Assembly: GCA_964016885.1 (NCBI GenBank)
Contig: OZ024742.1
Location: forward strand, 289,540,001 to 289,604,000
Reading direction: 5' to 3'
DNA: 64,000 bases
Source of the DNA: Eledone cirrhosa
Taxonomy: Eukaryota
The notes under the pieces were generated by a model that made no database searches, was not told where the DNA came from, and was given only the letters and a program-made list of their open reading frames with translations. A program made the translations under genes and the position numbers. The stretch's first letter is position 1. The number at the start of each line of letters is the position of its first letter. This document shows, one piece after another, positions 8,401-23,400 of the stretch.

Positions 8401-11400
8401 GCAGTGATTGTAGAGGATGTTATGTGGCAGTGATTGTAGAGGATGTTATGTGGCAGTGAGACAGTGGGAGTGATTGTAGAGGATGTTATGTGGTAGTGAG
8501 ACAGTGGCAGTGATTGTAGAGGATGTTATGTGGCAGTGAGACAGTGGCAGTGATTGTAGAGGATGTTATGTGGCAGTGAGACAGTGGCAGTGATTGTAGA
8601 GGATGTTATGTGGCAGTGAGACAGTGGCAGTGATTGTAGAGGATGTTATGTGGCAGTGAGACAGTGGCAGTGATTGTAGAGGATGTTATGTGGTAGTGAG
8701 ACAGTGGCAGTAATTGTAGAGGATGTTATGTGGTAGTGAGACAGTGGCAGTGATTGTAGAGGATGTTATGTGGCAGTGAGACAGTGGCAGTGATTGTAGA
8801 GGATGTTATGTGGTAGTGAGACAGTGGCAGTTATTGTAGAGGATGTTATGTGGCAGTGAGACAGTGGCAGTGATAGTAGAGGATGTTATGTGGCAGTGAG
8901 ACAGTGGGAGTGATTGTAGAGGATGTAATGTGGCAGTGAGACAGTGGCAGTGATTGTAGAGGATGTTATGTGGCAGTGATTGTAGAGAATGTTATGTGGC
9001 AGTGAGACAGTGGCAGTGATTGTAGAGGATGTTATGTGGTAGTGAGACAGTGGCAGTGATTGTAGAGGATGTTATGTGGCAGTGATTGTAGAGAATGTTA
9101 TGTGGCAGTGAGACAGTGGCAGTGATTGTAGAGGATGTTATGTGGTAGTGAGACAGTGGCATTGAATGTAGAGGATGTTATGTGGCAGTGAGACAGTGGC
9201 AGTGATTGTAGAGGATGTTATGTGGTAGTGAGACAGTGGCAGTGATTGTAGAGGATGGTATGTGGCAGCGAGACAGGGGCAGTGATTGTAGAGGATGTTA
9301 TGTGGTAGTGAGACAGTGGCAGTGATTGTAGAGGATGTTATGTGGTAGTGAGACAGTGGCAGTGATTGTAGAGCATGTTATGTGGCAGTGAGACAGTGGC
9401 AGTGATTGTAGAGGATGTTATGTGGCAGTGAGACAGTGGGAGTGATTGTAGAGGATGTTACGTGGCAGTGAGACAGTGGCAGTGATTGTAGAGGATGTTA
9501 TGTGGTAGTGAGACAGGGGCAGTGATTGTAGAGGATGTTATGTGGTAGTGAGACAGTGGCAGTGATTGTAGAGGATGTTATGTGGTAGTGAGACAGTGGT
9601 AGTGATTGTAGAGGATGTTATGTGGTAGTGAGACAGTGGCAGTGATTGTAGAGCATGTTATGTGGCAGTGAGACAGTGGCAGTGATTGTAGAGGATGTTA
9701 TGTGGTAGTGAGACAGTGGAAGTGATTGTAGAGGATGTTATGTGGTAGTGAGACAGTGGCAGTGATTGTAGAGGATGTTATGTGGCAGTGAGATAGTGGC
9801 AGTGATTGTAGAGGATGTTATGTGGTAGTGAGACAGTGGCAGTGATTGTAGAGGATGTTATGTGGCAGTGAGACAGTGGCAGTGATTGTAGAGGATGTTA
9901 TGTGGTAGTGAGACAGTGGCAGTGATAGTAGAGGATGTTATGTGGCAGTGAGACAGTGGTAGTGATTGTAGAGGATGTTATGTGGTAGTGAGACAGTGGC
10001 AGTGATTGTAGAGCATGTTATGTGGCAGTGAGACAGTGGCAGTGATTGTAGAGGATGTTATGTGGTAGTGAGACAGTGGCAGTGATTGTAGAGGATGTTA
10101 TGTGGCAGTGAGACAGTGGCAGTGATTGTAGAGGATGTTATGTGGCAGTGAGACAGTGGCAGTGATTGTAGAGGATGTTATGTGGTAGTGAGACAGTGGC
10201 AGTGATTGTAGAGGATGTTATGTGGCAGTAAGACAGTGGCAGTGATTGTAGAGGATGTTACGTGGCAGTGAGACAGTGGCAGTGATTGTAGAGGATGTTA
10301 TGTGGTAGTGAGACAGTGGCAGTGATAGTAGAGGATGTTATGTGGCAGTGAGACAGTGGGAGTGATTGTAGAGGATGTTATGTGGCAGTGAGACAGTGGC
10401 AGTGATTGTAGAGGATGTTATGTGGTAGTGAGACAGTGGCAGTAATTGTAGAGGGTGTGATGTGGTAGTGAGACAGTGGCAGTGATTGTAGAGGATGTTA
10501 TGTGGCAGTGAGACAGTGGCAGTGATTGTAGAGGATGTTATGTGGTAGTGAGACAGTGGCAGTGATTGTAGAGGATGTTATGTGGCAGTGAGACAGTGGC
10601 AGTGATAGTAGAGGATGTTATGTGGCAGTGAGACAGTGGGAGTGATTGTAGAGGATGTTATGTGGCAGTGAGACAGTGGCAGTGATTGTAGAGGATGTTA
10701 TGTGGCAGTGATTGTAGAGAATGTTATGTGGCAGTGAGACAGTGGCAGTGATTGTAGAGGATGTTATGTGGCAGTGATTGTAGAGAATGTTATGTGGCAG
10801 TGAGACAGTGGCAGTGATTGTAGAGGATGTTATGTGGTAGTGAGACAGTGGCAGTGATTGTAGAGGATGGTATGTGGCAGCGAGACAGGGGCAGTGATTG
10901 TAGAGGATGTTATGTGGTAGTGAGACAGTGGCAGTGATTGTAGAGGATGTTATGTGGTAGTGAGACAGTGGCAGTGATTGTAGAGCATGTTATGTGGCAG
11001 TGAGACAGTGGCAGTGATTGTAGAGGATGTTATGTGGCAGTGAGACAGTGGGAGTGATTGTAGAGGATGTTACGTGGCAGTGAGACAGTGGCAGTGATTG
11101 TAGAGGATGTTATGTGGTAGTGAGACAGGGGCAGTGATTGTAGAGGATGTTATGTGGTAGTGAGACAGTGGCAGTGATTGTAGAGGATGTTATGTGGTAG
11201 TGAGACAGTGGTAGTGATTGTAGAGGATGTTATGTGGTAGTGAGACAGTGGCAGTGATTGTAGAGCATGTTATGTGGCAGTGAGACAGTGGCAGTGATTG
11301 TAGAGGATGTTATGTGGTAGTGAGACAGTGGAAGTGATTGTAGAGGATGTTATGTGGTAGTGAGACAGTGGCAGTGATTGTAGAGGATGTTATGTGGCAG

Positions 11401-14400
11401 TGAGACAATGGCAGTGATTGTAGAGGATATTATGTGGTAGTGAGACAGTGGCAGTGATTGTAGAGGATGTTATGTGGCAGTGAGACAGTGGCAGTGATTG
11501 TAGAGGATGTTATGTGGTAGTGAGACAGTGGCAGTGATAGTAGAGGATGTTATGTGGCAGTGAGACAGTGGTAGTGATTGTAGAGGATGTTATGTGGTAG
11601 TGAGACAGTGGCAGTGATTGTAGAGCATGTTATGTGGCAGTGAGACAGTGGCAGTGATTGTAGAGGATGTTATGTGGCAGTGAGACAGTGGCAGTGATTG
11701 TAGAGGATGTTATGTGACAGTGAGACAGTGGCAGTGATTGTAGAGGATGTTATGTGGCAGTGAGACAGTGGCAGTGATTGTAGAGGATGTTATGTGGTAG
11801 TGAGACAGTGGCAGTGATTGTAGAGGATGTTATGTGGCAGTGAGACAGTGGCAGTGATTGTAGAGGATGTTATGTGGCAGTGATTGTAGAGGATGTTATG
11901 TGGCAGTGAGACAGTGGGAGTGATTGTAGAGGATGTTATGTGGTAGTGAGACAGTGGCAGTGATTGTAGAGGATGTTATGTGGCAGTGAGACAGTGGCAG
12001 TGATTGTAGAGGATGTTATGTGGCAGTGAGACAGTGGCAGTGATTGTAGAGGATGTTATGTGGCAGTGAGACAGTGGCAGTGATTGTAGAGGATGTTATG
12101 TGGCAGTGAGACAGTGGCAGTGATTGTAGAGGATGTTATGTGGTAGTGAGACAGTGGCAGTAATTGTAGAGGATGTTATGTGGTAGTGAGACAGTGGCAG
12201 TGATTGTAGAGGATGTTATGTGGCAGTGAGACAGTGGCAGTGATTGTAGAGGATGTTATGTGGTAGTGAGACAGTGGCAGTGATTGTAGAGGATGTTATG
12301 TGGCAGTGAGACAGTGGCAGTGATAGTAGAGGATGTTATGTGGCAGTGAGACAGTGGGAGTGATTGTAGAGGATGTAATGTGGCAGTGAGACAGTGGCAG
12401 TGATTGTAGAGGATGTTATGTGGCAGTGATTGTAGAGAATGTTATGTGGCAGTGAGACAGTGGCAGTGATTGTAGAGGATGTTATGTGGTAGTGAGACAG
12501 TGGCAGTGATTGTAGAGGATGTTATGTGGCAGTGATTGTAGAGAATGTTATGTGGCAGTGAGACAGTGGCAGTGATTGTAGAGGATGTTATGTGGTAGTG
12601 AGACAGTGGCATTGAATATAGAGGATGTTATGTGGCAGTGAGACAGTGGCAGTGATTGTAGAGGATGTTATGTGGTAGTGAGACAGTGGCAGTGATTGTA
12701 GAGGATGGTATGTGGCAGCGAGACAGGGGCAGTGATTGTAGAGGATGTTATGTGGTAGTGAGACAGTGGCAGTGATTGTAGAGGATGTTATGTGGTAGTG
12801 AGACAGTGGCAGTGATTGTAGAGCATGTTATGTGGCAGTGAGACAGTGGCAGTGATTGTAGAGGATGTTATGTGGCAGTGAGACAGTGGGAGTGATTGTA
12901 GAGGATGTTACGTGGCAGTGAGACAGTGGCAGTGATTGTAGAGGATGTTATGTGGTAGTGAGACAGGGGCAGTGATTGTAGAGGATGTTATGTGGTAGTG
13001 AGACAGTGGCAGTGATTGTAGAGGATGTTATGTGGTAGTGAGACAGTGGTAGTGATTGTAGAGGATGTTATGTGGTAGTGAGACAGTGGCAGTGATTGTA
13101 GAGCATGTTATGTGGCAGTGAGACAGTGGCAGTGATTGTAGAGGATGTTATGTGGTAGTGAGACAGTGGAAGTGATTGTAGAGGATGTTATGTGGTAGTG
13201 AGACAGTGGCAGTGATTGTAGAGGATGTTATGTGGCAGTGAGATAGTGGCAGTGATTGTAGAGGATGTTATGTGGTAGTGAGACAGTGGCAGTGATTGTA
13301 GAGGATGTTATGTGGCAGTGAGACAGTGGCAGTGATTGTAGAGGATGTTATGTGGTAGTGAGACAGTGGCAGTGATAGTAGAGGATGTTATGTGGCAGTG
13401 AGACAGTGGTAGTGATTGTAGAGGATGTTATGTGGTAGTGAGACAGTGGCAGTGATTGTAGAGCATGTTATGTGGCAGTGAGACAGTGGCAGTGATTGTA
13501 GAGGATGTTATGTGGTAGTGAGACAGTGGCAGTGATTGTAGAGGATGTTATGTGGCAGTGAGACAGTGGCAGTGATTGTAGAGGATGTTATGTGGCAGTG
13601 AGACAGTGGCAGTGATTGTAGAGGATGTTATGTGGTAGTGAGACAGTGGCAGTGATTGTAGAGGATGTTATGTGGCAGTAAGACAGTGGCAGTGATTGTA
13701 GAGGATGTTACGTGGCAGTGAGACAGTGGCAGTGATTGTAGAGGATGTTATGTGGTAGTGAGACAGTGGCAGTGATAGTAGAGGATGTTATGTGGCAGTG
13801 AGACAGTGGGAGTGATTGTAGAGGATGTTATGTGGCAGTGAGACAGTGGCAGTGATTGTAGAGGATGTTATGTGGTAGTGAGACAGTGGCAGTAATTGTA
13901 GAGGGTGTGATGTGGTAGTGAGACAGTGGCAGTGATTGTAGAGGATGTTATGTGGCAGTGAGACAGTGGCAGTGATTGTAGAGGATGTTATGTGGTAGTG
14001 AGACAGTGGCAGTGATTGTAGAGGATGTTATGTGGCAGTGAGACAGTGGCAGTGATAGTAGAGGATGTTATGTGGCAGTGAGACAGTGGGAGTGATTGTA
14101 GAGGATGTTATGTGGCAGTGAGACAGTGGCAGTGATTGTAGAGGATGTTATGTGGCAGTGATTGTAGAGAATGTTATGTGGCAGTGAGACAGTGGCAGTG
14201 ATTGTAGAGGATGTTATGTGGCAGTGATTGTAGAGAATGTTATGTGGCAGTGAGACAGTGGCAGTGATTGTAGAGGATGTTATGTGGTAGTGAGACAGTG
14301 GCATTGAATGTAGAGGATGTTATGTGGCAGTGAGACAGTGGCAGTGATTGTAGAGGATGTTATGTGGTAGTGAGACAGTGGCAGTGATTGTAGAGGATGG

Positions 14401-17400
14401 TATGTGGCAGCGAGACAGGGGCAGTGATTGTAGAGGATGTTATGTGGTAGTGAGACAGTGGCAGTGATTGTAGAGGATGTTATGTGGTAGTGAGACAGTG
14501 GCAGTGATTGTAGAGCATGTTATGTGGCAGTGAGACAGTGGCAGTGATTGTAGAGGATGTTATGTGGCAGTGAGACAGTGGGAGTGATTGTAGAGGATGT
14601 TACGTGGCAGTGAGACAGTGGCAGTGATTGTAGAGGATGTTATGTGGTAGTGAGACAGGGGCAGTGATTGTAGAGGATGTTATGTGGTAGTGAGACAGTG
14701 GCAGTGATTGTAGAGGATGTTATGTGGTAGTGAGACAGTGGTAGTGATTGTAGAGGATGTTATGTGGTAGTGAGACAGTGGCAGTGATTGTAGAGCATGT
14801 TATGTGGCAGTGAGACAGTGGCAGTGATTGTAGAGGATGTTATGTGGTAGTGAGACAGTGGAAGTGATTGTAGAGGATGTTATGTGGTAGTGAGACAGTG
14901 GCAGTGATTGTAGAGGATGTTATGTGGCAGTGAGACAATGGCAGTGATTGTAGAGGATATTATGTGGTAGTGAGACAGTGGCAGTGATTGTAGAGGATGT
15001 TATGTGGCAGTGAGACAGTGGCAGTGATTGTAGAGGATGTTATGTGGTAGTGAGACAGTGGCAGTGATAGTAGAGGATGTTATGTGGCAGTGAGACAGTG
15101 GTAGTGATTGTAGAGGATGTTATGTGGTAGTGAGACAGTGGCAGTGATTGTAGAGCATGTTATGTGGCAGTGAGACAGTGGCAGTGATTGTAGAGGATGT
15201 TATGTGGCAGTGAGACAGTGGCAGTGATTGTAGAGGATGTTATGTGACAGTGAGACAGTGGCAGTGATTGTAGAGGATGTTATGTGGCAGTGAGACAGTG
15301 GCAGTGATTGTAGAGGATGTTATGTGGTAGTGAGACAGTGGCAGTGATTGTAGAGGATGTTATGTGGCAGTAAGACAGTGGCAGTGATTGTAGAGGATGT
15401 TATGTGGCAGTGAGACAGTGGCAGTGATTGTAGAGGATGTTATGTGGTAGTGAGACAGTGGCAGTGATAGTAGAGGATGTTATGTGGCAGTGAGACAGTG
15501 GGAGTGATTGTAGAGGATGTTATGTGGCAGTGAGACAGTGGCAGTGATTGTAGAGGATGTTATGTGGTAGTGAGACAGTGGCAGTAATTGTAGAGGGTGT
15601 GATGTGGTAGTGAGACAGTGGCAGTGATTGTAGAGGATGTTATGTGGCAGTGAGACAGTGACAGTGATTGTAGAGGATGTTATGTGGTAGTGAGACAGTG
15701 GCAGTGATTGTAGAGGATGTTATGTGGTAGTGAGACAGTGGCAGTGATTGTAGAGGATGTTATGTGGCAGTGAGACAGTGGCAGTGATAGTAGAGGATGT
15801 TATGTGGCAGTGAGACAGTGGGAGTGATTGTAGAGGATGTTATGTGGCAGTGAGACAGTGGCAGTGATTGTAGAGGATGTTATGTGGCAGTGATTGTAGA
15901 GAATGTTATGTGGCAGTGAGACAGTGGCAGTGATTGTAGAGGATGTTATGTGGTAGTGAGACAGTGGCAGTGATTGTAGAGGATGTTATGTGGCAGTGAT
16001 TGTAGAGAATGTTATGTGGCAGTGAGACAGTGGCAGTGATTGTAGAGGATGTTATGTGGTAGTGAGACAGTGGCATTGAATGTAGAGGATGTTATGTGGC
16101 AGTGAGACAGTGGCAGTGATTGTAGAGGATGTTATGTGGTAGTGAGACAGTGGCAGTGATTGTAGAGGATGGTATGTGGCAGCGAGACAGGGGCAGTGAT
16201 TGTAGAGGATGTTATGTGGTAGTGAGACAGTGGCAGTGATTGTAGAGGATGTTATGTGGTAGTGAGACAGTGGCAGTGATTGTAGAGCATGTTATGTGGC
16301 AGTGAGACAGTGGCAGTGATTGTAGAGGATGTTATGTGGCAGTGAGACAGTGGGAGTGATTGTAGAGGATGTTACGTGGCAGTGAGACAGTGGCAGTGAT
16401 TGTAGAGGATGTTATGTGGTAGTGAGACAGGGGCAGTGATTGTAGAGGATGTGATGTGGTAGTGAGACAGTGGCAGTGATTGTAGAGGATGTTATGTGGT
16501 AGTGAGACAGTGGCAGTGATTGTAGAGGATGTTATGTGGCAGTAAGACAGTGGCAGTGATTGTAGAGGATGTTATGTGGCAGTGAGACAGTGGCAGTGAT
16601 TGTAGAGGATGTTATGTGGTAGTGAGACAGTGGCAGTGATAGTAGAGGATGTTATGTGGCAGTGAGACAGTGGGAGTGATTGTAGAGGATGTTATGTGGC
16701 AGTGAGACAGTGGCAGTGATTGTAGAGGATGTTATGTGGCAGTGAGACAGTGGCAGTGATTGTAGAGGATGTTATGTGGTAGTGAGACAGTGGCAGTGAT
16801 TGTAGAGGTTGTTATGTGGCAGTGAGACAGTGGCAGTGATTGTAGAGGATGTTATGTGGTAGTGAGACAGTGGCAGTGATTGTAGAGGATGTTATGTGGC
16901 AGTGAGACAGTGGCAGTGATAGTAGAGGATGTTATGTGGCAGTGAGACAGTGGCAGTGATTGTAGAGGATGTTATGTGGTAGTAAGACAGTGGCAGTGAT
17001 TGTAGAGGATGTTATGTGGCAGTGAGACTGGCAGTGATTGTAGAGGATGTTATGTGGTAGTGAGACAGTGGCAGTGATTGTAAAGGATGTTATGTGGTAG
17101 TGAGACAGTGGCAGTGATTGTAGAGGATGTTATCTGGCAGTGAGACAATGGCAGTGATTGTAGAGGATGTTATGTGGTAGTGAGACAGTGGCAGTGATTG
17201 TAGAGGATGTTATGTGGCAGTGAGACAGTGGCAGTGATTGTAGAGGATGTTATGTGGCAGTGAGAGAGTGGCAGTGATTGTAGAGGATGTTATGTGGTAG
17301 TGAGACAGTGGCAGTGATAGTAGAGGATGTTATGTGGCAGTGATTGTAGAGGATGTTATGTGGCAGTGAGACAGTGGCAGTTATTGTAGAGGATGTTATG

Positions 17401-20400
17401 TGGTAGTGAGACAGTGGCAGTGATTGTAGAGGATGTTATGTGATAGTGAGACAGTGGCAGTGATTGTAGAGGATGTTATGTGGTAGTGAGACAGTGGCAG
17501 TGATTGTAGAGGATGTTATGTGGCAGTGATTGTAGAGGATGTTATGTGGCAGTGAGACAGTGGGAGTGATTGTAGAGGATGTTATGTGGTAGTGAGACAG
17601 TGGCAGTGATTGTAGAGGATGTTATGTGGCAGTGAGACAGTGGCAGTAATTGTAGAGGATGTTATGTAGCAGTGAGACAGTGGCAGTGATTGGAGAGGAT
17701 GTTATGTGGCAGTGAGACAGTGGCAGTGATTGTAGAGGATGTTATGTGGCAGTGAGACAGTGGCACTGATTGTAGAGGATGTTATGTGGTAGTGAGACAG
17801 TGGCAGTAATTGTAGAGGATGTTATGTGGTAGTGAGACAGTGGCAGTGATTGTAGAGGATGTTATGTGGCAGTGAGACAGTGGCAGTGATTGTAGAGGAT
17901 GTTATGTGGTAGTGAGACAGTGGCAGTGATTGTAGAGGATGTTATGTGGTAGTGAGACAGTGGCAGTGATTGTAGAGCATGTTATGTGGCAGTGAGACAG
18001 TGGCAGTGATTGTAGAGGATGTTATGTGGCAGTGAGACAGTGGGAGTGATTGTAGAGGATGTTACGTGGCAGTGAGACAGTGGCAGTGATTGTAGAGGAT
18101 GTTATGTGGCAGTGAGACAGTGGGAGTGATTGTAGAGGATGTTACGTGGCAGTGAGACAGTGGCAGTGATTGTAGAGGATGTTATGTGGTAGTGAGACAG
18201 GGGCAGTGATTGTAGAGGATGTTATGTGGTAGTGAGACAGTGGCAGTGATTGTAGAGGATGTTATGTGGTAGTGAGACAGTGGTAGTGATTGTAGAGGAT
18301 GTTATGTGGTAGTGAGACAGTGGCAGTGATTGTAGAGCATGTTATGTGGCAGTGAGACAGTGGCAGTGATTGTAGAGGATGTTATGTGGTAGTGAGACAG
18401 TGGAAGTGATTGTAGAGGATGTTATGTGGTAGTGAGACAGTGGCAGTTATTGTAGAGGATGTTATGTGGCAGTGAGACAGTGGCAGTGATTGTAGAGGAT
18501 GTTATGTGGTAGTGAGACAGTGGCAGTGATTGTAGAGGATGTTATGTGGCAGTGAGACAGTGGCAGTGATTGTAGAGGATGTTATGTGGTAGTGAGACAG
18601 TGGCAGTGATAGTAGAGGATGTTATGTGGCAGTGAGACAGTGGTAGTGATTGTAGAGGATGTTATGTGGTAGTGAGACAGTGGCAGTGATTGTAGAGCAT
18701 GTTATGTGGCAGTGAGACAGTGGCAGTGATTGTAGAGGATGTTATGTGGCAGTGAGACAGTGGCAGTGATTGTAGAGGATGTTATGTGGCAGTGAGACAG
18801 TGGCAGTGATTGTAGAGGATGTTATGTGGCAGTGAGACAGTGGCAGTGATTGTAGAGGATGTTATGTGGTAGTGAGACAGTGGCAGTGATTGTAGAGGAT
18901 GTTATGTGGCAGTAAGACAGTGGCAGTGATTGTAGAGGATGTTATGTGGCAGTGAGACAGTGGCAGTGATTGTAGAGGATGTTATGTGGTAGTGAGACAG
19001 TGGCAGTGATAGTAGAGGATGTTATGTGGCAGTGAGACAGTGGGAGTGATTGTAGAGGATGTTATGTGGCAGTGAGACAGTGGCAGTGATTGTAGAGGAT
19101 GTTATGTGGTAGTGAGACAGTGGCAGTAATTGTAGAGGGTGTGATGTGGTAGTGAGACAGTGGCAGTGATTGTAGAGGATGTTATGTGGCAGTGAGACAG
19201 TGACAGTGATTGTAGAGGATGTTATGTGGTAGTGAGACAGTGGCAGTGATTGTAGAGGATGTTATGTGGTAGTAAGACAGTGGCAGTGATTGTAGAGGAT
19301 GTTATGTGGTAGTGAGACAGTGGCAGTGATTGTAGAGGATGTTATGTGGCAGTGAGACAGTGGCAGTGATAGTAGAGGATGTTATGTGGCAGTGAGACAG
19401 TGGGAGTGATTGTAGAGGATGTTATGTGGCAGTGAGACAGTGGCAGTGATTGTAGAGGATGTTATGTGGCAGTGATTGTAGAGAATGTTATGTGGCAGTG
19501 AGACAGTGGCAGTGATTGTAGAGGATGTTATGTGGTAGTGAGACAGTGGCAGTGATTGTAGAGGATGTTATGTGGTAGTGAGACAGTGGCATTGAATGTA
19601 GAGGATGTTATGTGGCAGTGAGACAGTGGCAGTGATTGTAGAGGATGTTATGTGGTAGTGAGACAGTGGCAGTGATTGTAGAGGATGGTATGTGGCAGCG
19701 AGACAGGGGCAGTGATTGTAGAGGATGTTATGTGGTAGTGAGACAGTGGCAGTGATTGTAGAGGATGTTATGTGGTAGTGAGACAGTGGCAGTGATTGTA
19801 GAGCATGTTATGTGGCAGTGAGACAGTGGCAGTGATTGTAGAGGATGTTATGTGGCAGTGAGACAGTGGGAGTGATTGTAGAGGATGTTACGTGGCAGTG
19901 AGACAGTGGCAGTGATTGTAGAGGATGTTATGTGGTAGTGAGACAGGGGCAGTGATTGTAGAGGATGTGATGTGGTAGTGAGACAGTGGCAGTGATTGTA
20001 GAGGATGTTATGTGGTAGTGAGACAGTGGTAGTGATTGTAGAGGATGTTATGTGGTAGTGAGACAGTGGCAGTGATTGTAGAGCATGTTATGTGGCAGTG
20101 AGACAGTGGCAGTGATTGTAGAGGATGTTATGTGGTAGTGAGACAGTGGAAGTGATTGTAGAGGATGTTATGTGGCAGTGAGACAGTGGCAGTGATTGTA
20201 GAGGATGTTATGTGGCAGTGAGACAGTGGAAGTGATTGTAGAGGATGTTATGTGGTAGTGAGACAGTGGCAGTGATTGTAGAGGATGTTATGTGGCAGTA
20301 AGACAGTGGCAGTGATTGTAGAGGATGTTATGTGGCAGTGAGACAGTGGCAGTGATTGTAGAGGATGTTATGTGGTAGTGAGACAGTGGCAGTGATAGTA

Positions 20401-23400
20401 GAGGATGTTATGTGGCAGTGAGACAGTGGTAGTGATTGTAGAGGATGTTATGTGGTAGTGAGACAGTGGCAGTGATTGTAGAGCATGTTATGTGGCAGTG
20501 AGACAGTGGCAGTGATTGTAGAGGATGTTATGTGGTAGTGAGACAGTGGCAGTGATTATAGAGGATGTTATGTGGCAGTGAGACAGTGGCAGTGATTGTA
20601 GAGGATGTTATGTGGCAGTGAGACAGTGGCAGTGATTGTAGAGGATGTTATGTGGTAGTGAGACAGTGGCAGTGATTGTAGAGGATGTTATGTGGCAGTA
20701 AGACAGTGGCAGTGATTGTAGAGGATGTTATGTGGCAGTGAGACAGTGGCAGTGATTGTAGAGGATGTTATGTGGTAGTGAGACAGTGGCAGTGATAGTA
20801 GAGGATGTTATGTGGCAGTGAGACAGTGGGAGTGATTGTAGAGGATGTTATGTGGCAGTGAGACAGTGGCAGTGATTGTAGAGGATGTTATGTGGCAGTG
20901 AGACAGTGGCAGTGATTGTAGAGGATGTTATGTGGTAGTGAGACAGTGGCAGTGATTGTAGAGGTTGTTATGTGGCAGTGAGACAGTGGCAGTGATTGTA
21001 GAGGATGTTATGTGGTAGTGAGACAGTGGCAGTGATTGTAGAGGATGTTATGTGGTAGTAAGACAGTGGCAGTGATTGTAGAGGATGTTATGTGGCAGTG
21101 AGACTGGCAGTGATTGTAGAGGATGTTATGTGGTAGTGAGACAGTGGCAGTGATTGTAAAGGATGTTATGTGGTAGTGAGACAGTGGCAGTGATTGTAGA
21201 GGATGTTATGTGGCAGTGAGACAATGGCAGTGATTGTAGAGGATGTTATGTGGTAGTGAGACAGTGGCAGTGATTGTAGAGGATGTTATGTGGCAGTGAG
21301 ACAGTGGCAGTGATTGTAGAGGATGTTATGTGGCAGTGAGAGAGTGGCAGTGATTGTAGAGGATGTTATGTGGTAGTGAGACAGTGGCAGTGATAGTAGA
21401 GGATGTTATGTGGCAGTGATTGTAGAGGATGTTATGTGGCAGTGAGACAGTGGCAGTTATTGTAGAGGATGTTATGTGGTAGTGAGACAGTGGCAGTGAT
21501 TGTAGAGGATGTTATGTGATAGTGAGACAGTGGCAGTGATTGTAGAGGATGTTATGTGGTAGTGAGACAGTGGCAGTGATTGTAGAGGATGTTATGTGGC
21601 AGTGATTGTAGAGGATGTTATGTGGCAGTGAGACAGTGGGAGTGATTGTAGAGGATGTTATGTGGTAGTGAGACAGTGGCAGTGATTGTAGAGGATGTTA
21701 TGTGGCAGTGAGACAGTGGCAGTGATTGTAGAGGATGTTATGTGGCAGTGAGACAGTGGCAGTGATTGTAGAGGATGTTATGTGGCAGTGAGACAGTGGC
21801 AGTGATTGTAGAGGATGTTATGTAGCAGTGAGACAGTGGCAGTGATTGGAGAGGATGTTATGTGGCAGTGAGACAGTGGCAGTGATTGTAGAGGATGTTA
21901 TGTGGCAGTGAGACAGTGGCACTGATTGTAGAGGATGTTATGTGGTAGTGAGACAGTGGCAGTAATTGTAGAGGATGTTATGTGGTAGTGAGACAGTGGC
22001 AGTGATTGTAGAGGATGTTATGTAGCAGTGAGACAGTGGCAGTGATTGTAGAGGATGTTATGTGGTAGTGAGACAGTGGCAGTGATTGTAGAGGATGTTA
22101 TGTGGTAGTGAGACAGTGGCAGTGATTGTAGAGCATGTTATGTGGCAGTGAGACAGTGGCAGTGATTGTAGAGGATGTTATGTGGCAGTGAGACAGTGGG
22201 AGTGATTGTAGAGGATGTTACGTGGCAGTGAGACAGTGGCAGTGATTGTAGAGGATGTTATGTGGTAGTGAGACAGGGGCAGTGATTGTAGAGGATGTTA
22301 TGTGGTAGTGAGACAGTGGCAGTGATTGTAGAGGATGTTATGTGGTAGTGAGACAGTGGTAGTGATTGTAGAGGATGTTATGTGGTAGTGATTGTAGAGG
22401 ATGTTATGTGGTAGTGAGACAGTGGCAGTGATTGTAGAGCATGTTATGTGGCAGTGAGACAGTGGCAGTGATTGTAGAGGATGTTATGTGGCAGTGAGAC
22501 AGTGGCAGTGATTGTAGAGGATGTTATGTGGCAGTGAGACAGTGGCAGTGATTGTAGAGGATGTTATGTGGCAGTGAGACAGTGGCAGTGATTGTAGAGG
22601 ATGTTATGTGGTAGTGAGACAGTGGCAGTGATTGTAGAGGATGTTATGTGGCAGTAAGACAGTGGCAGTGATTGTAGAGGATGTTATGTGGCAGTGAGAC
22701 AGTGGCAGTGATTGTAGAGGATGTTATGTGGTAGTGAGACAGTGGCAGTGATAGTAGAGGATGTTATGTGGCAGTGAGACAGTGGGAGTGATTGTAGAGG
22801 ATGTTATGTGGCAGTGAGACAGTGGCAGTGATTGTAGAGGATGTTATGTGGTAGTGAGACAGTGGCAGTAATTGTAGAGGGTGTGATGTGGTAGTGAGAC
22901 AGTGGCAGTGATTGTAGAGGATGTTATGTGGCAGTGAGACAGTGACAGTGATTGTAGAGGATGTTATGTGGTAGTGAGACAGTGGCAGTGATTGTAGAGG
23001 ATGTTATGTGGTAGTAAGGCAGTGGCAGTGATTGTAGAGGATATTATGTGGTAGTGAGACAGTGGCAGTGATTGTAGAGGATGTTATGTGGCAGTGAGAC
23101 AGTGGCAGTGATAGTAGAGGATGTTATGTGGCAGTGAGACAGTGGGAGTGATTGTAGAGGATGTTATGTGGCAGTGAGACAGTGGCAGTGATTGTAGAGG
23201 ATGTTATGTGGCAGTGATTGTAGAGAATGTTATGTGGCAGTGAGACAGTGGCAGTGATTGTAGAGGATGTTATGTGGTAGTGAGACAGTGGCAGTGATTG
23301 TAGAGGATGTTATGTGGCAGTGATTGTAGAGAATGTTATGTGGCAGTGAGACAGTGGCAGTGATTGTAGAGGATGTTATGTGGTAGTGAGACAGTGGCAT

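Noticed and set aside
14068-14304. 78-aa minus-strand ORF (MPLSHYHITSSTITATVSLPHNILYNHCH...)
   Set aside because: Artefact of two 26-bp units shifting frame past the TAA, plus a variant ATG, within the satellite.
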